Source of the DNA: Candidatus Poriferihabitaceae bacterium
GTDB lineage: Bacteria > Pseudomonadota > Gammaproteobacteria > Arenicellales > Poriferihabitantaceae
Direction of reading: 5' to 3'
DNA: 64,000 bases
Assembly: GCA_965223465.1 (NCBI GenBank)
Contig: OZ245025.1
Span: 295,009-359,008, forward strand
Made by a program: the position numbers and the translations under genes. Below, piece by piece: positions 1-12,274 of the stretch. The notes below the pieces were generated by a model. The model was not told where the DNA came from and did not search any database. It worked only from the letters and a program-made list of their open reading frames with translations. Position 1 is the first letter of the stretch, and the number at the start of each line of letters is the position of its first letter.

Positions 1-1063
1 CCATGCCAAGCCAGTGGCCGGTGTTATGCATATAAAACCGCTTGTAATGCGCTTGCTCGATCACTTCATCAAGGCTACCTTTCAGTAGGCCCAGATCCAG
101 CATGCCTTGGGATAGCGTTTTCACTGCCGCTTTATGATATTCCCGCCAGGGCTGGTTGGCTCGAATCTTGTCGATCGCCGCTTCCTGCGCTGCGAGCACC
201 AAATCATAAAGGCTGCGTTGTTCGGCGCTGAATTGGCCGTTGATTGGGAAGGTGCGCGTAATATCAGAGGCATAGCATTCAAGTTCGGCGCCCGCGTCGA
301 TGAGCAACAGATCCCCATCCTGACACACCGCGTTGTTTTCGGTGTAGTGTAGTATGCAGGCGTTTTCACCGGCAGCTACAATTGAAGGATAGGCAGGGTA
401 AGCACTTCCACCTTGCATGAAACAGGCTTCCATTGCCGCCTGTACTTCGTACTCGTACATCCCAGGGCGGCATACCTGCATAGCACGTCGGTGTCCCGCT
501 GCGCTCAGTTTGGCAGCACGGCGCATCACACGCAGTTCTTCCGATTTCTTAAATAAGCGTAGTTCATGCAAAATGTAAGTTAGGTCAACGAACTCCATGG
601 GTGCGTGCACACCCGTGCGCGCTTTTGCCTTAATCTCAGTAACCCAGCCAAATAATTGCTGATCAAAATCCGGGTGTCGCCCCGTACAGGTAAAAACTTT
701 ATCTTGATTTTCTAATAATTTAGGGAGGATTTCTTCTAGCTGTTCTATCTCGTAAGCCTGATCTGCACCGTATTGCTCGATGGCAGTTTCCAGGCCAGCG
801 CGCTTGCCGTGCCATTGCTCGCGTTCCGGATCATTCTTACGACAAAACAAGATAAACTCGCCTTCCTCGCGGTTGGGAATCAATACCGCGATCGCTTCTG
901 GTTCTGGAAACTGGGTCAGATAATAAAAATCGCTATCCGGTCGAAAGCGAAACAGGACATCACCATTGCGATGTTGCTCATTATTGGTTGGGATGATGGC
1001 AATGCCTTCACCCATCAACTGCATCAGGCCGCGTCGGCGTCGATTAAAAATATCAGGGTGCAT
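1..1063 (-). CDS. pepP: Xaa-Pro aminopeptidase (3' end runs off the window)
   Basis: Manual translation from ATG 1063 gives MHPDIFNRRRRGLMQLMGEGIAIIPT...FRPDSDFYYLTQFPEPEA. The same frame ends at the window edge with RFYMHNTGHWLGM, the M24B metal-site region. Follows ygfB as in other Gammaproteobacteria. Absent from the ORF track because no stop lies in the window. Confidence 0.93.
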   Translation of the reverse strand, partial: MHPDIFNRRRRGLMQLMGEGIAIIPTNNEQHRNGDVLFRFRPDSDFYYLTQFPEPEAIAVLIPNREEGEFILFCRKNDPEREQWHGKRAGLETAIEQYGADQAYEIEQLEEILPKLLENQDKVFTCTGRHPDFDQQLFGWVTEIKAKARTGVHAPMEFVDLTYILHELRLFKKSEELRVMRRAAKLSAAGHRRAMQVCRPGMYEYEVQAAMEACFMQGGSAYPAYPSIVAAGENACILHYTENNAVCQDGDLLLIDAGAELECYASDITRTFPINGQFSAEQRSLYDLVLAAQEAAIDKIRANQPWREYHKAAVKTLSQGMLDLGLLKGSLDEVIEQAHYKRFYMHNTGHWLGM

Positions 1064-1113
1064 TTGTTAATCTCTACTGGGGTTCACGATGAATAATTAG
1101 CAATGGGCTGTCT

Positions 1114-1683
1114 TTACTCGTGAACCGATTCTATCGGGTAATCCGGATTTAATTCTTCATAAATGAGTTGAGTCGCCATACGCAGATATTCGCGCAGTTC
1201 AATAAACGCGACCTCATCTTCATTGGACTCAGACGGCGTAGGTTCCAGGCCAGCGATGGCGATGATGTCCTGTACGCTGGATTGTAATTCGTGGTTGAGT
1301 TGCCTAAGGATGTCTTTTCCATCGTACATCAAACCAACAATATAACCCTGGCTCCAGTCTGCCAGGGCATCCAGCTGGATATCCAAAGAATCAACATCGG
1401 GCAACCATAAGTCAAATCCAAATTCTGCCTGGTTCAGGTCTCTTGTGCTCATTTCAATCAGGCTTTCCAGGGCGCTGACAGATACCTCGTCCGAAAAATT
1501 AAGATGGGCAATAGAGGCGTCCAGTTCAGCGCTTTTTATGTTGCGACAAACCAGGCCACAGGCAATACCATGTGCTTGTGCGGCTGAGCCATCAAAGCTG
1601 CTGTTGCGTAGTTTGCCGTCCAGCGCGGCGTATAAGGCCTGTTTGTCAGATAAATCTGGGGTGTGATGTTGTATATCAATCAT
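1114..1683 (-). CDS. ygfB: UPF0149 / YgfB family protein
   Basis: AAQAHGIACG, F.LWLP, ALADWSQGY and EL.EYLR motifs; directly upstream of pepP. Confidence 0.85.
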   Translation of the reverse strand: MIDIQHHTPDLSDKQALYAALDGKLRNSSFDGSAAQAHGIACGLVCRNIKSAELDASIAHLNFSDEVSVSALESLIEMSTRDLNQAEFGFDLWLPDVDSLDIQLDALADWSQGYIVGLMYDGKDILRQLNHELQSSVQDIIAIAGLEPTPSESNEDEVAFIELREYLRMATQLIYEELNPDYPIESVHE

Positions 1684-1883
1684 GCGGCGATTATAGGCCG
1701 GAAACTGTTTTTTACTCTACCTTAGCGTGAAAATAAGAGCTTCATAATGAGGGTAACGATATGCACCACTCAAACCGAGACGAGGCCTTTTCGTGGTGCA
1801 AAAACCGACTGTGGGGCAGTCAATTCACGTGTTGCTTACCGCATAACCTTTTTCAGTGTTGAAGCAAGATGAAATCTTGATGC

Positions 1884-3467
1884 TTACCAGTGATTCGGTG
1901 AAGCATTTTTCCAATGGGGCAACCAACCCTCGGGTATGCTTGATTTCTTCAATAAGCTGCCCTCCGCGATCGCTGGGTAGATTTCTGCGTAAGTTTTTAC
2001 CACCGAGCCACCCACTCGATGATGGACGTGTTGCAGATCCACTTCAGTCGTGTTGCTTAACCCGGCGACTTCGAGCAGCTCAACCAAATGCCGCACCATG
2101 CTATTGTGATAATTCGCCACCCTTTTGCCTTTGGCCTCGACATCCAGAGATTGAAAGCGTGCTGGGTCTTGGGTTGCGATTCCTGTCGGGCAGTGGTCGG
2201 TATTACAGGCCCTGGATTGAATACAACCGAGCGCGAGCATCATGGCGCGGGCGGAATTAACCGTGTCACTCCCCAGCGCCAGCACTCTGAACAAATGAAA
2301 CGCAGAGAGTACCTTACCCGCGCCAATCAGGCGGATTTTGTCGCGTACGTCAAACCCGATCAGGGCATTATGAACAAAATTCATGCCCTCGCGCAGCGGA
2401 GTGCCCACCGAATTGGTGAGCTCCACCGGCGCAGCGCCAGTGCCCCCCTCTGAACCATCAACCGTAATAAAATCAGGTGTAATGCCGGTTTCATCCATGG
2501 CTTTACAGATTCCCAGAAACTCTGATTTCTGACCGATACACAGTTTAAACCCACTCGGCTTTCCACCCGATAGTTCGCGCAGTTTGGCAACAAATTCAAG
2601 CAGGCCTCGGGGATTATCAAATTCTGTATGCGCAGCGGGGGAATTTACATCTTCACCCATCGGCACATGTCGAATGGCAGCGATTTCTTCGGTCAATTTA
2701 GCCGCGGGCAAAATCCCGCCATGCCCAGGCTTAGCGCCCTGGGATAGCTTTATTTCAATCATCTTAACCACTTCTTTTTGTGCATATTGGGTGAACAAAT
2801 CCGCATCAAAACCTCCCTTGGCATTGCGGCAGCCGAAATACCCCGTGCCGATTTGCCAAATAATATCACCACCATGTTTGAGATGATGTTCACTTAAGCC
2901 ACCTTCGCCTGTATTGTGCGCAAAGCCACCCTGTTTGGCGCCTAGGTTCAGTGCCAGAATCGCGTTTTTGCTGAGCGAGCCATAGCTCATCGCCGAAATA
3001 TTAAGCGGTGAAGCTGCGTAAGGTTGGGCGCAATCAGGGCCACCAAACATTACGCGTGGGTGTTTGTCCGGATTATGGCTGGGCGCGAGCGAATGTGCGA
3101 CCCACTCACATCCCGGTCGATAAAAATCAAACTGGCTGCCAAACGGGCGCGTATCACGCTGGCCTTTAGCGCGTTGATACACCAGCGAGCGAAATTCCCG
3201 TGGAAGCGGGCGCCCGTCCAGATCCGACTCAACAAAATATTGCTGGATTTCCGGGCGGATAGATTCAAAAAAATAGCGTAAATGACCAATGACGGGATAA
3301 ATCCGTAATAAGGTACGGTTGGTTTGGAGTAAATCATAAACCCCAACCATGATCAGCGGCACAATGATCAGCAACAGCCAAAGTATGGGTGGCCAAACCA
3401 GGGCCATGAGCAAAACCAATATCGGTAGGGCGATTGAGAGTATGATGAAGTATTGTCGAACGACCAT
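1884..3467 (-). CDS. FMN-binding glutamate synthase family protein with N-terminal membrane anchor
   Basis: NISAMSYGSLS, HNTGEGG, IEIKLSQGAKPGHGG, DGSEGGTGAAP and CIQSRACNTDHCPTG motifs; AGGAG RBS precedes ATG 3467. Confidence 0.9.
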   Translation of the reverse strand: MVVRQYFIILSIALPILVLLMALVWPPILWLLLIIVPLIMVGVYDLLQTNRTLLRIYPVIGHLRYFFESIRPEIQQYFVESDLDGRPLPREFRSLVYQRAKGQRDTRPFGSQFDFYRPGCEWVAHSLAPSHNPDKHPRVMFGGPDCAQPYAASPLNISAMSYGSLSKNAILALNLGAKQGGFAHNTGEGGLSEHHLKHGGDIIWQIGTGYFGCRNAKGGFDADLFTQYAQKEVVKMIEIKLSQGAKPGHGGILPAAKLTEEIAAIRHVPMGEDVNSPAAHTEFDNPRGLLEFVAKLRELSGGKPSGFKLCIGQKSEFLGICKAMDETGITPDFITVDGSEGGTGAAPVELTNSVGTPLREGMNFVHNALIGFDVRDKIRLIGAGKVLSAFHLFRVLALGSDTVNSARAMMLALGCIQSRACNTDHCPTGIATQDPARFQSLDVEAKGKRVANYHNSMVRHLVELLEVAGLSNTTEVDLQHVHHRVGGSVVKTYAEIYPAIAEGSLLKKSSIPEGWLPHWKNASPNHW

Positions 3468-3600
3468 GTCCAAACTCCTCACTTATTGTTGGTATAAATT
3501 TAGACGGACTTTAGCATGAAACTCAGTAATTGCTAATATAGCTGCGGCTTCTAACGGTGGTTGCGTTGCCGAAGGCCTGCGTAAGCTAGATCTGTTTTGC

Positions 3601-4182
3601 CTAGGCAGTCAGTGGATCAAACCTCTCATTCACCAGCATATCCACCAATCTAATCAAGGGTAGTCCAACTAAGGTGTTTGGGTCATCGCCTTGCAGCTTG
3701 CTCAGCATCGCGATACCCAAACTTTCTGATTTTAGGCTGCCAGCACAGTTATAGGGCTGATCTTTACGCAGATATTGTTCGATCTGCTCGTCATTAACCC
3801 TGCGGAAAACCACCGAATAGGGCTCTACGCAATGCTGGGTCACTCCCGTCTCGGTATTAAAAAGACAGAGCCCAGTGTATAGATTTACCTCGTTTCCAGA
3901 TGCTTCCTTGAGCTGTTCAACTGCAGCTTGGTGGTCCTCTGGTTTACCGATTATTTTACCGTCTAACACCGCGACCTGGTCCGAACCAATAATGAGAGCA
4001 GGGTGGTGTTCTTGGCCGATCGCTTTTGCTTTTCCAATGGCAAGCCGTTCGACCAATGCCTGTGGGCTTTCGCCTGGTTTAGCGGTTTCGTCAATATCAT
4101 GAGAAATGCACTCAAATGGCAAGCCTAAGCGTGAAAGCAGGGCTTTACGATATTCAGAAGAAGATGCAAGTATGATCTGCAT
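3601..4182 (-). CDS. Maf family nucleotide pyrophosphatase (YceF-like)
   Basis: IILASSSEYRKALL, IIGSDQV, GKP and CAGSLKSE motifs. Confidence 0.9.
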   Translation of the reverse strand: MQIILASSSEYRKALLSRLGLPFECISHDIDETAKPGESPQALVERLAIGKAKAIGQEHHPALIIGSDQVAVLDGKIIGKPEDHQAAVEQLKEASGNEVNLYTGLCLFNTETGVTQHCVEPYSVVFRRVNDEQIEQYLRKDQPYNCAGSLKSESLGIAMLSKLQGDDPNTLVGLPLIRLVDMLVNERFDPLTA

Positions 4183-4203
4183 AATATTGATAATTAAAGA
4201 AAG

Positions 4204-4280
4204 TGGCGCGCCCGGAGGGAGTCGAACCCCCGACCACCTGGTTCGAAGCCAGGTACTCTATCCAGCTGAGCTACAGGCGC
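4204..4280 (-). tRNA. tRNA-Arg, anticodon UCG
   Basis: Reverse complement GCGCCTGTAGCTCAGCTGGATAGAGTACCTGGCT-TCG-AACCAGGTGGTCGGGGGTTCGACTCCCTCCGGGCGCGCCA folds as a cloverleaf: CCTGG/CCAGG anticodon stem, GTTCGA T-loop, encoded CCA. Confidence 0.95.
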
Positions 4281-4306
4281 ATTGATGCGTTTATTGCCTG
4301 GATCAA

Positions 4307-5752
4307 TTATTGATCCAGCAATTTTCGTAATAGTTCATTGGCCTGTTTTGGGTTGGCCTTGCCCTGGCTGGCTTTCATCACTTGTCCGACGAAAAACCCC
4401 AACACTTTTTGCTCACCAGCCTTGTATTGTTCCACTTGAGCAGGGTATTTGGCAAGTATCTCTTTCACCATATTTTCAATCTCCCCTGAATCAGTGATTT
4501 GCTTAAGACCCTTGGCCTCGATGATCTGATCAGCACTGCCGTTACCGGCCCACATTTCTGTCAACACTTCTTTGCCGATTTTGCCCGATATGGTGTTGTC
4601 ATCGATTCTGTCCAGTAACAATGCCAGCGCTTCGGCACTTACGGGTGCCTGTGAAATAGTGATATCGGCCTTGTTGATCAAGCTGCCGAGTTCTCCATTA
4701 ATCCAATTGTAGACCACACTGGGTTTGGCAGAAGTATGCTCCAGGCAGGCATCAAAATAATCCGCGGTTTGACGATCCGAAACGATGCTCGTTGCATCTT
4801 GCTCGGCCAAATCTAATTCACTGATGTAACGCGCTCGCCGCACTTCGGGCAGTTCTGGCAAGGCAGTGCGAATGGCCTCAATCACATCGTTGTCAACGAC
4901 CAGTGGCGGTAGATCAGGATCGGGGAAATAACGATAGTCATGTGCTTCCTCTTTGGAGCGCATCGAGCGCGTCTCATCTCGGTCCGGGTCATACAAGCGC
5001 GTTTCCTGTACCACTTGGCCACCGGCTTCAATTAAATCTATCTGACGCTCAATTTCAAACTCAATAGCGCGTTCCACAAAGCGAAAGGAGTTGATGTTTT
5101 TTATCTCTGCGCGGGTGCCAAATTCTTTTTGTCCAATCGGGCGTACCGAAATATTGGCATCGCAGCGAAACGAGCCTTCCTGCATGTTGCCATCAGAAAT
5201 TTCGATATAGCGCACCAGCGCGTGTAACTTTCTAAGATACGCCACCGCTTCTGTGGCAGAACGCATATCGGGTTCCGAGACAATCTCCAGCAGCGGTGTT
5301 CCGGTGCGGTTTAAATCGATGCCGGTGTGGTTGGCAAATGCATCATGAATAGATTTACCCGCGTCTTCTTCCAGGTGTGCACGGGTTATCCCGATGGTTT
5401 TAACGCCATTTTCGGTATCAATATCTAAATGGCCCTCGCCCACAATCGGTACCTGGAACTGGCTAATCTGGTAGGCTTTGGGCAAGTCGGGATAAAAATA
5501 ATTTTTACGCTCAAATGTCGAGCGGGCGTTGATTTTGGCATCAATTGCCAGACCGAATCTTATCGCCAGTTCGGCCGCGCGTTTATTCATGACCGGCAAT
5601 ACTCCGGGCAGGGCAATGTCGACCGGGCTGGTTTGCCGATTGGGTTCCGCGCCGTAAGCGGTTGATGCGCTGGAGAAAATCTTACTTTTAGTGCTAAGCT
5701 GAGTATGCACCTCCAGACCGATGACAGCTTCCCAGCGGGTCGATGCATTCAT
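4307..5752 (-). CDS. gatB: Asp/Glu-tRNA amidotransferase subunit B
   Basis: [41 protein letters not shown] and YRYFPDPDL motifs. Confidence 0.98.
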   Translation of the reverse strand: MNASTRWEAVIGLEVHTQLSTKSKIFSSASTAYGAEPNRQTSPVDIALPGVLPVMNKRAAELAIRFGLAIDAKINARSTFERKNYFYPDLPKAYQISQFQVPIVGEGHLDIDTENGVKTIGITRAHLEEDAGKSIHDAFANHTGIDLNRTGTPLLEIVSEPDMRSATEAVAYLRKLHALVRYIEISDGNMQEGSFRCDANISVRPIGQKEFGTRAEIKNINSFRFVERAIEFEIERQIDLIEAGGQVVQETRLYDPDRDETRSMRSKEEAHDYRYFPDPDLPPLVVDNDVIEAIRTALPELPEVRRARYISELDLAEQDATSIVSDRQTADYFDACLEHTSAKPSVVYNWINGELGSLINKADITISQAPVSAEALALLLDRIDDNTISGKIGKEVLTEMWAGNGSADQIIEAKGLKQITDSGEIENMVKEILAKYPAQVEQYKAGEQKVLGFFVGQVMKASQGKANPKQANELLRKLLDQ

Positions 5753-7203
5753 TGGACACCTCCTGGGCGTTTGGTGTGCCAGTCGGTAACTTGCTGAAAT
5801 TGGTGTGCCACATTCAGGATTTTCGCTTCCTGCATATAGTTTCCGAACACTTGCATGCCAATCGGCAGGCCCTGCTGATCAAAACCCACAGGAATGGAGA
5901 GTCCAGGTAGCCCTGCTAGGTTTAAAGTGACGGTAAAAATATCTTCCAAATACATGTGTACCGGGTCGTCATTCACCTCACCCAGTTTAGGCGCGGTATG
6001 CGGCGTTGTGGGTCCGAGAATTACATCAACCTGCTTAAAGGCGGTCGCAAAATCATTCGCGATGAGCCGACGAAGTTTTTGTGCCTTGATATAGTAAGCA
6101 TCGTAATAGCCTGAAGAAAGGGCATAAGTGCCGACCATGATGCGTCGCTTAACTTCATCGCCAAAGCCTTCGCTACGGGTGTTGATATACATCGACTCAA
6201 GGTCATCATATTGCTCTGCACGATAGCCGTAACGCACGCCATCAAAACGTGCCAGATTAGATGATGCTTCGGCCGGAGCCAGCACGTAATAACAAGGTAT
6301 TCCGAGTGCACTATTGGGTAGATCAACGTCAATCAGCGTAGCCCCTAACTTTTCAAGGTCCTGAGCTGCTGCCTGCACAGTCGTGCCTATATGCGCGTCA
6401 AGGTCCTGGTTGAAATACTGTTTCGGTAAGCCAACACGCAGCCCCTTAATACTTGATCCGAGTTGAGATTGGAAATCGATCTCCTGGCGTTCAATCGAAG
6501 TCGAATCTTTGGGGTCAAAACCACAGATGGCTTCGAGCATCATGGCAGCGTCTTGCGCGTTACAGCCAATAATACCGGCCTGGTCAAACGAAGAGGCGAA
6601 GGCCACCATGCCCCAGCGCGATACCCGACCATATGTCGGCTTAATACCAGTTAGGCCGCATAAAGCAGCGGGTTGACGCACCGAGCCCCCGGTATCGGTA
6701 CCGGTGGCAATCGGCACAATGCCTGCAGCGACCGCAGCGGCTGCGCCGCCTGAGCTACCCCCCGGTACATGCTGCTGATTCCACGGGTTTAGCGCCGGGC
6801 CGTAAAAGGAAGATTCGTTGGTCGAGCCCATGGCAAACTCGTCCATATTGGTTTTTCCGATACTGACCATATGGCGGGCGTTGGTTTTCTCGACGACGGT
6901 TGCATTGTACGGAGAGATAAAATTCGAGAGCATTTTGGATCCGCAAGACGTCAAAATGCCTTTACTACAAAAAATATCCTTATGCGCAGTGACGATACCG
7001 CAAAGTGGATCGGTATTACCCGCTGCCAGCGCCTCATCAGCCTTACTTGCACTGTCAAGCGCCAGTTCTTCATTGAGGCTGATAAAGGCGTTAAGCTCCT
7101 TAAGCTCCGCTGCTTTATCTAACGCCATTTGAGTTAGCTCGACGCTGGAAATCTGGCCATCACGCAGCGCCTGGGCTATAGCTGTTAGCGATTGATCTAA
7201 CAT
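5749..7203 (-). CDS. gatA: Asp/Glu-tRNA amidotransferase subunit A
   Basis: Amidase signature [31 protein letters not shown]; [12 protein letters not shown]. Confidence 0.98.
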   Translation of the reverse strand: MLDQSLTAIAQALRDGQISSVELTQMALDKAAELKELNAFISLNEELALDSASKADEALAAGNTDPLCGIVTAHKDIFCSKGILTSCGSKMLSNFISPYNATVVEKTNARHMVSIGKTNMDEFAMGSTNESSFYGPALNPWNQQHVPGGSSGGAAAAVAAGIVPIATGTDTGGSVRQPAALCGLTGIKPTYGRVSRWGMVAFASSFDQAGIIGCNAQDAAMMLEAICGFDPKDSTSIERQEIDFQSQLGSSIKGLRVGLPKQYFNQDLDAHIGTTVQAAAQDLEKLGATLIDVDLPNSALGIPCYYVLAPAEASSNLARFDGVRYGYRAEQYDDLESMYINTRSEGFGDEVKRRIMVGTYALSSGYYDAYYIKAQKLRRLIANDFATAFKQVDVILGPTTPHTAPKLGEVNDDPVHMYLEDIFTVTLNLAGLPGLSIPVGFDQQGLPIGMQVFGNYMQEAKILNVAHQFQQVTDWHTKRPGGVQ

Positions 7204-7246
7204 TGAATCTTATTTAGGTTAATAAATAGAATGCGTGAAACAGTGA

Positions 7247-7534
7247 TTATTCAATCACCTTGGGCACCAAATACAGGCCATCACGGTTATCCGGCGTCAG
7301 TTGCATAAATGCATCGCGCATACCACCTTGGGTAACTTCATCTTCACGTAAACGCAGACTGGGGTCCTGCGGATGCGATAAGGGTTCAACCCCTGCAGTG
7401 TCAGCAGCTTGGAGTTGGTCTACCAGTTCCATAATGTTATCCAATTGGCTGGAAATCTGATCGATTGAATGTTCATCTACTTCTAATTTTGCCAATTTGG
7501 CAATTTTTTGAATTTGCTCTGGAAGTATGGCCAA
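7247..7534 (-). CDS. gatC: Asp/Glu-tRNA amidotransferase subunit C
   Basis: IAKLAKL, LREDEV and YLVPKVIE motifs; first gene of gatCAB. Confidence 0.95.
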   Translation of the reverse strand: MAILPEQIQKIAKLAKLEVDEHSIDQISSQLDNIMELVDQLQAADTAGVEPLSHPQDPSLRLREDEVTQGGMRDAFMQLTPDNRDGLYLVPKVIE

Positions 7535-7758
7535 TTTCGTGTTCCTCGGTGAATAGAATCTGAAAAATTTCCACTGATTTTTGTGGCGGCGAAGTATAGC
7601 GTAATCTAGCTTAACTTAGTTACCCTCCTTGTGATAAATTAGGCCCCCGAAAATGCATTGGTTTTTATGTGGCTTCGGATTACGCTGTTCTAAGTGATGA
7701 CAGTATTCTGAATTTAATTTACGTTTCCTGCCAAGGAAAGCGCAATGTGTGGATTTAA

Positions 7759-8823
<1,065 letters not shown>

Positions 8824-8900
8824 GCCGAGATTAATCTTCATACTGGCAAGGTTAGGTAAATACTGTGATTTCGAAATAGCGAAAATTTGCTTAAACTAGA

Positions 8901-9854
8901 TTGCCTAGCAGACCTCTTACTCTACTCTATCGTTTTGTCTTTATCGCGATTATAACGATCGCCTTGATGATTCTGGATCATCGCACCCGCTATTTTGATT
9001 GGACGCGCAGTAAACTCTCCTTTATCAACATGCCGTTTAATACCATGCTGACCATGCCGGTACGGCTACGGACGTTTTATGAGGATTACTGGCCGAACAA
9101 CAAGCTCCATCAGCAGTTGGAACGTTTGCAAAATGAAAATCAGCGCCTAGCGGCCAAAGTACAAAAATATGACGCGCTGAATATTGAAAAAAACCGACTA
9201 CTCGTGTTACTGGCTGCGAGTCAAACCAAAAAAGATGCAGAAGTCAAAATTGGTCGTATTATTCGTACCAATATACAAGGACCTTATGATCAGCGCATCA
9301 TGATTGACCGGGGGCAGCGTGATGGCGTGGTGCATTCACAGGCGGTAATTGATGCCAATGGGGTGATCGGTCAGGTTAGCATGGTCGCACACGATCACAG
9401 TGTGGTGACGGTTATCACTGACGCGAGCCATGCGGTGCCAGTGGAGGTATTGCGAAACGGATTAAATGGGATCGCCAGAGGAACCGGTGGAGGCCAAATA
9501 TTGACGGTACCGTTTATGTCATTTCAGGCGGATATTGAAGTGGGTGATGTGTTGGTAACGTCGGGTCTGGGAGAAGTTTTTCCATCGGGGCACCCAGTGG
9601 CTGAGATAATTGACATTCAAGGCGTAGCAGGTGAGCCATTTTTAACCGTTAAAGCCAGGCCTTTTGCCGAGCTCAACAAAGTGAAAAATGTCCTGCTTTT
9701 GGAGCGCGCCGTGTCAACTCCAATCACCTTAGATCAGGGTGAGCCGGAGGAAACAGCGTTAAGCTCGCCCGACATTCAAGCCAAGCATCAACCTGATACC
9801 GTACTAACGGGTGAATCCATACCCGCCCACCCCGACCCACAAGCCGAGCAGTAA
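8901..9854 (+). CDS. mreC: Rod shape-determining protein MreC
   Basis: N-terminal TM helix plus coiled coil; IDRG..DGV, GD.LVTSGLG.VFP.G.PV; position after mreB. Confidence 0.93.
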   Translation: MPSRPLTLLYRFVFIAIITIALMILDHRTRYFDWTRSKLSFINMPFNTMLTMPVRLRTFYEDYWPNNKLHQQLERLQNENQRLAAKVQKYDALNIEKNRLLVLLAASQTKKDAEVKIGRIIRTNIQGPYDQRIMIDRGQRDGVVHSQAVIDANGVIGQVSMVAHDHSVVTVITDASHAVPVEVLRNGLNGIARGTGGGQILTVPFMSFQADIEVGDVLVTSGLGEVFPSGHPVAEIIDIQGVAGEPFLTVKARPFAELNKVKNVLLLERAVSTPITLDQGEPEETALSSPDIQAKHQPDTVLTGESIPAHPDPQAEQ

Positions 9855-10351
9855 TGACCGCTTCAACCGTCAAATATTTACGTATTCCGCACTGGGGTTA
9901 TATTTTTGCGACGATTGTTATTGCAGGTCTACTACGCGTGATACCGTTGCCAGAAGCGTTTCAATATCTGTGGCCGGACTGGTTCAATCTGGTGGTTTTT
10001 TACTGGGTGCTGGTCTTACCGCTACACCTGGGAGTAACCTTTGGTTGGCTGGTTGGCCTGCTTGAAGATATCATTAGTTTTTCACTTTTGGGCCAACATG
10101 CGCTGGGGAAAGCGTTGACGGGGATGGTGGCAGGAATGTTAGGGACTAAATTCGCTTTATTTAATTTTGCACAAAAAATATTGTTAATTTTGATTTTGCA
10201 ATCAATCAATATTGGCATTGTGGCGATGATCAATTTACTGGTTTTAGAGATACCCATTCGTTTGAATTTGTGGGGCTCGGCAATTACGACCGCGTTAGCC
10301 TGGCCAATCTTATCTTTTCTGTTACATCAGTTTGATCCGAATACCAAATAA
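9854..10351 (+). CDS. mreD: Rod shape-determining protein MreD
   Basis: Hydrophobic protein with PDW..LV..YW and GLL.D...SLLG.HAL motifs; operon position. Confidence 0.92.
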   Translation: MTASTVKYLRIPHWGYIFATIVIAGLLRVIPLPEAFQYLWPDWFNLVVFYWVLVLPLHLGVTFGWLVGLLEDIISFSLLGQHALGKALTGMVAGMLGTKFALFNFAQKILLILILQSINIGIVAMINLLVLEIPIRLNLWGSAITTALAWPILSFLLHQFDPNTK

Positions 10352-12267
10352 TGGCAAGTATTGGCTCAAAACCTGCAATTAGAGATCATTTGCGTGAAGC
10401 GGCCATCGTGCAATCTCGTTTGGTAATGATTTCATTTTTAGTTATCGTGCTCGCAGGAATATTGGTCGCGAGATTGTATTACCTGCAAATCAACCAATAT
10501 GACAAGTTTTTGGAACTCGCTGATAAAAATCGGGTAGATACGCATCCTATCGCACCGGTGCGAGGACTGGTGTTTGATCGCAATGGGTTACCGCTAGCGG
10601 CCAATGCGCGCGCATATAATCTCGAAATATTACCCAAGCAAGTCAAGGAAATGGACGAACTGATTGCGGCAATTGGGCGTTTGATTGAATTAAGTGAAGA
10701 AGATATTGAGCATTTTAAAAAACAGGTAAGGCACCGCCCCAGCTTTGAACGACAGGTGCTGCGCGCTAATCTGACCGAAACCGAAGCCGCGCGTTACTCT
10801 GCCCATCAACATGAATTACCGGGTAGCTATTTAGTTGCTGCCTTGCAAAGATATTATCCAGAAGGCGAACTGATGGGACATGTGCTTGGGTATGTCGGGC
10901 GCATAAATGATCAAGATATTCAGCAAATTGATAAAAAGGCCTATGGTGGTACCCACTATATTGGCAAGTTGGGTATTGAGGCTAATTATGAGTCGATATT
11001 GCTTGGGGAGGTGGGTTCTGAAGATATTGAAACCAATGCTCATGGACAACAAGTGCGTGCCTTGACCAAAACCCTACCTACCACTGGTAAAACCCTATAT
11101 CTGAGCCTGGATACAGATTTGCAGCGTAAAGCAATGTCTTTACTGGCACCTTATGAGGGTGCGGCAGTCGCGTTGGACCCAAAGAGTGGTGAAATCTTGG
11201 CATTCGTAAGCGTGCCTGGTTATGACACCAATCCTTTTGTAAATGGTATCAGCCGTCAAGACTACGCACAATTGCGCGAATCAGAAAGGCGGCCTTTACT
11301 TAACCGAGCTCTAAACGGTCGGTATGCACCCGGTTCAACCATTAAGGGTTTTATGGGGCTGGTTGCGATGAAAAACGGTATTTCACCCAACGAAACTATT
11401 TTTGGCCGGGGTTGGTATTCTTTGCCAAACTCCAAGCATCGTTATCGTTGTTGGAAAAAAGTTGGGCACGGTAGTGTTGATTTGCATGACGCCATTACCC
11501 AGTCATGTGATGTTTATTTTTATCGAAATGCTAAACGACTCGGCATTGACCGGTTACATGAGGACATGACAGCGCTTGGTTTTGGCAAGAAAACAAATAT
11601 TGATATTCCCAATGAACCAACCGGGCTAATGCCCTCCAGAGATTGGAAAAAGCAGGTGCGTAATCAACCCTGGTATCCAGGGGAAACCGTGATTACTGGT
11701 ATTGGTCAGGGCTATATGCTGACGACTCCGATACAGCTCGCAAGTGCCACAGCCTTATTAGCCAACAAGGGCCAACCCATCGTGCCGCATTTTTTAACCG
11801 CGATCCAAGACCCCGATAATGGCAATCTGGAACAAGTGAAATATGAGACACCTGCGCGGATAGAAGGGATTAGTCAAGCGGCCTACGACGAAGTGATCAG
11901 AGCAATGCGTGATGTGGTGCACGGTCCGCGTGGAACGGCCCGTCGTATTGGGGTTGGTCTGGAGTATGAAATCGCAGGAAAAACGGGCACTGCGCAGGTA
12001 AAAAGTATTCCACAGGGGGCTAAATATGATGTCGATAACACGCCTAAAATCTATCGAGATCATTCCTTATTTGTCGCTTTTGCACCAGTGGAGGATCCAA
12101 AAATTGCACTTGCTGTCGTAGTCGAACATGGGGGCAGTGGTAGTAAAGTCGCTGCACCCATTGCCAAGGAAATTATTGATTATTATTTGATCGAACGACT
12201 AGGTTTGTACACAAGGGAGGTAGACGCTGAGCAGGAACTGGCAAGTTTAGAAGGAGTAAATGGCTGA
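10351..12267 (+). CDS. mrdA: Penicillin-binding protein 2
   Basis: PGSTIK (SxxK), SCD(VYFY) and KTGTAQ motifs; APVRGL.FDRNG. Confidence 0.97.
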   Translation: MASIGSKPAIRDHLREAAIVQSRLVMISFLVIVLAGILVARLYYLQINQYDKFLELADKNRVDTHPIAPVRGLVFDRNGLPLAANARAYNLEILPKQVKEMDELIAAIGRLIELSEEDIEHFKKQVRHRPSFERQVLRANLTETEAARYSAHQHELPGSYLVAALQRYYPEGELMGHVLGYVGRINDQDIQQIDKKAYGGTHYIGKLGIEANYESILLGEVGSEDIETNAHGQQVRALTKTLPTTGKTLYLSLDTDLQRKAMSLLAPYEGAAVALDPKSGEILAFVSVPGYDTNPFVNGISRQDYAQLRESERRPLLNRALNGRYAPGSTIKGFMGLVAMKNGISPNETIFGRGWYSLPNSKHRYRCWKKVGHGSVDLHDAITQSCDVYFYRNAKRLGIDRLHEDMTALGFGKKTNIDIPNEPTGLMPSRDWKKQVRNQPWYPGETVITGIGQGYMLTTPIQLASATALLANKGQPIVPHFLTAIQDPDNGNLEQVKYETPARIEGISQAAYDEVIRAMRDVVHGPRGTARRIGVGLEYEIAGKTGTAQVKSIPQGAKYDVDNTPKIYRDHSLFVAFAPVEDPKIALAVVVEHGGSGSKVAAPIAKEIIDYYLIERLGLYTREVDAEQELASLEGVNG

Positions 12268-12274
12268 TTAAAGT

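Noticed and set aside
121-1096. Short ORFs at 121-369, 134-352 and 773-1096 suggesting a fragmented gene
   Set aside because: They are shadow frames. The pepP start (1063) and the motif at the window edge share one minus-strand frame that simply lacks a stop in the window.
1762-1800. TGCACCAC...GTGGTGCA dyad resembling an NtrC site
   Set aside because: The half-sites are 23 nt apart, far wider than an NtrC box, and the dyad lies downstream of the glutamate-synthase-like gene.
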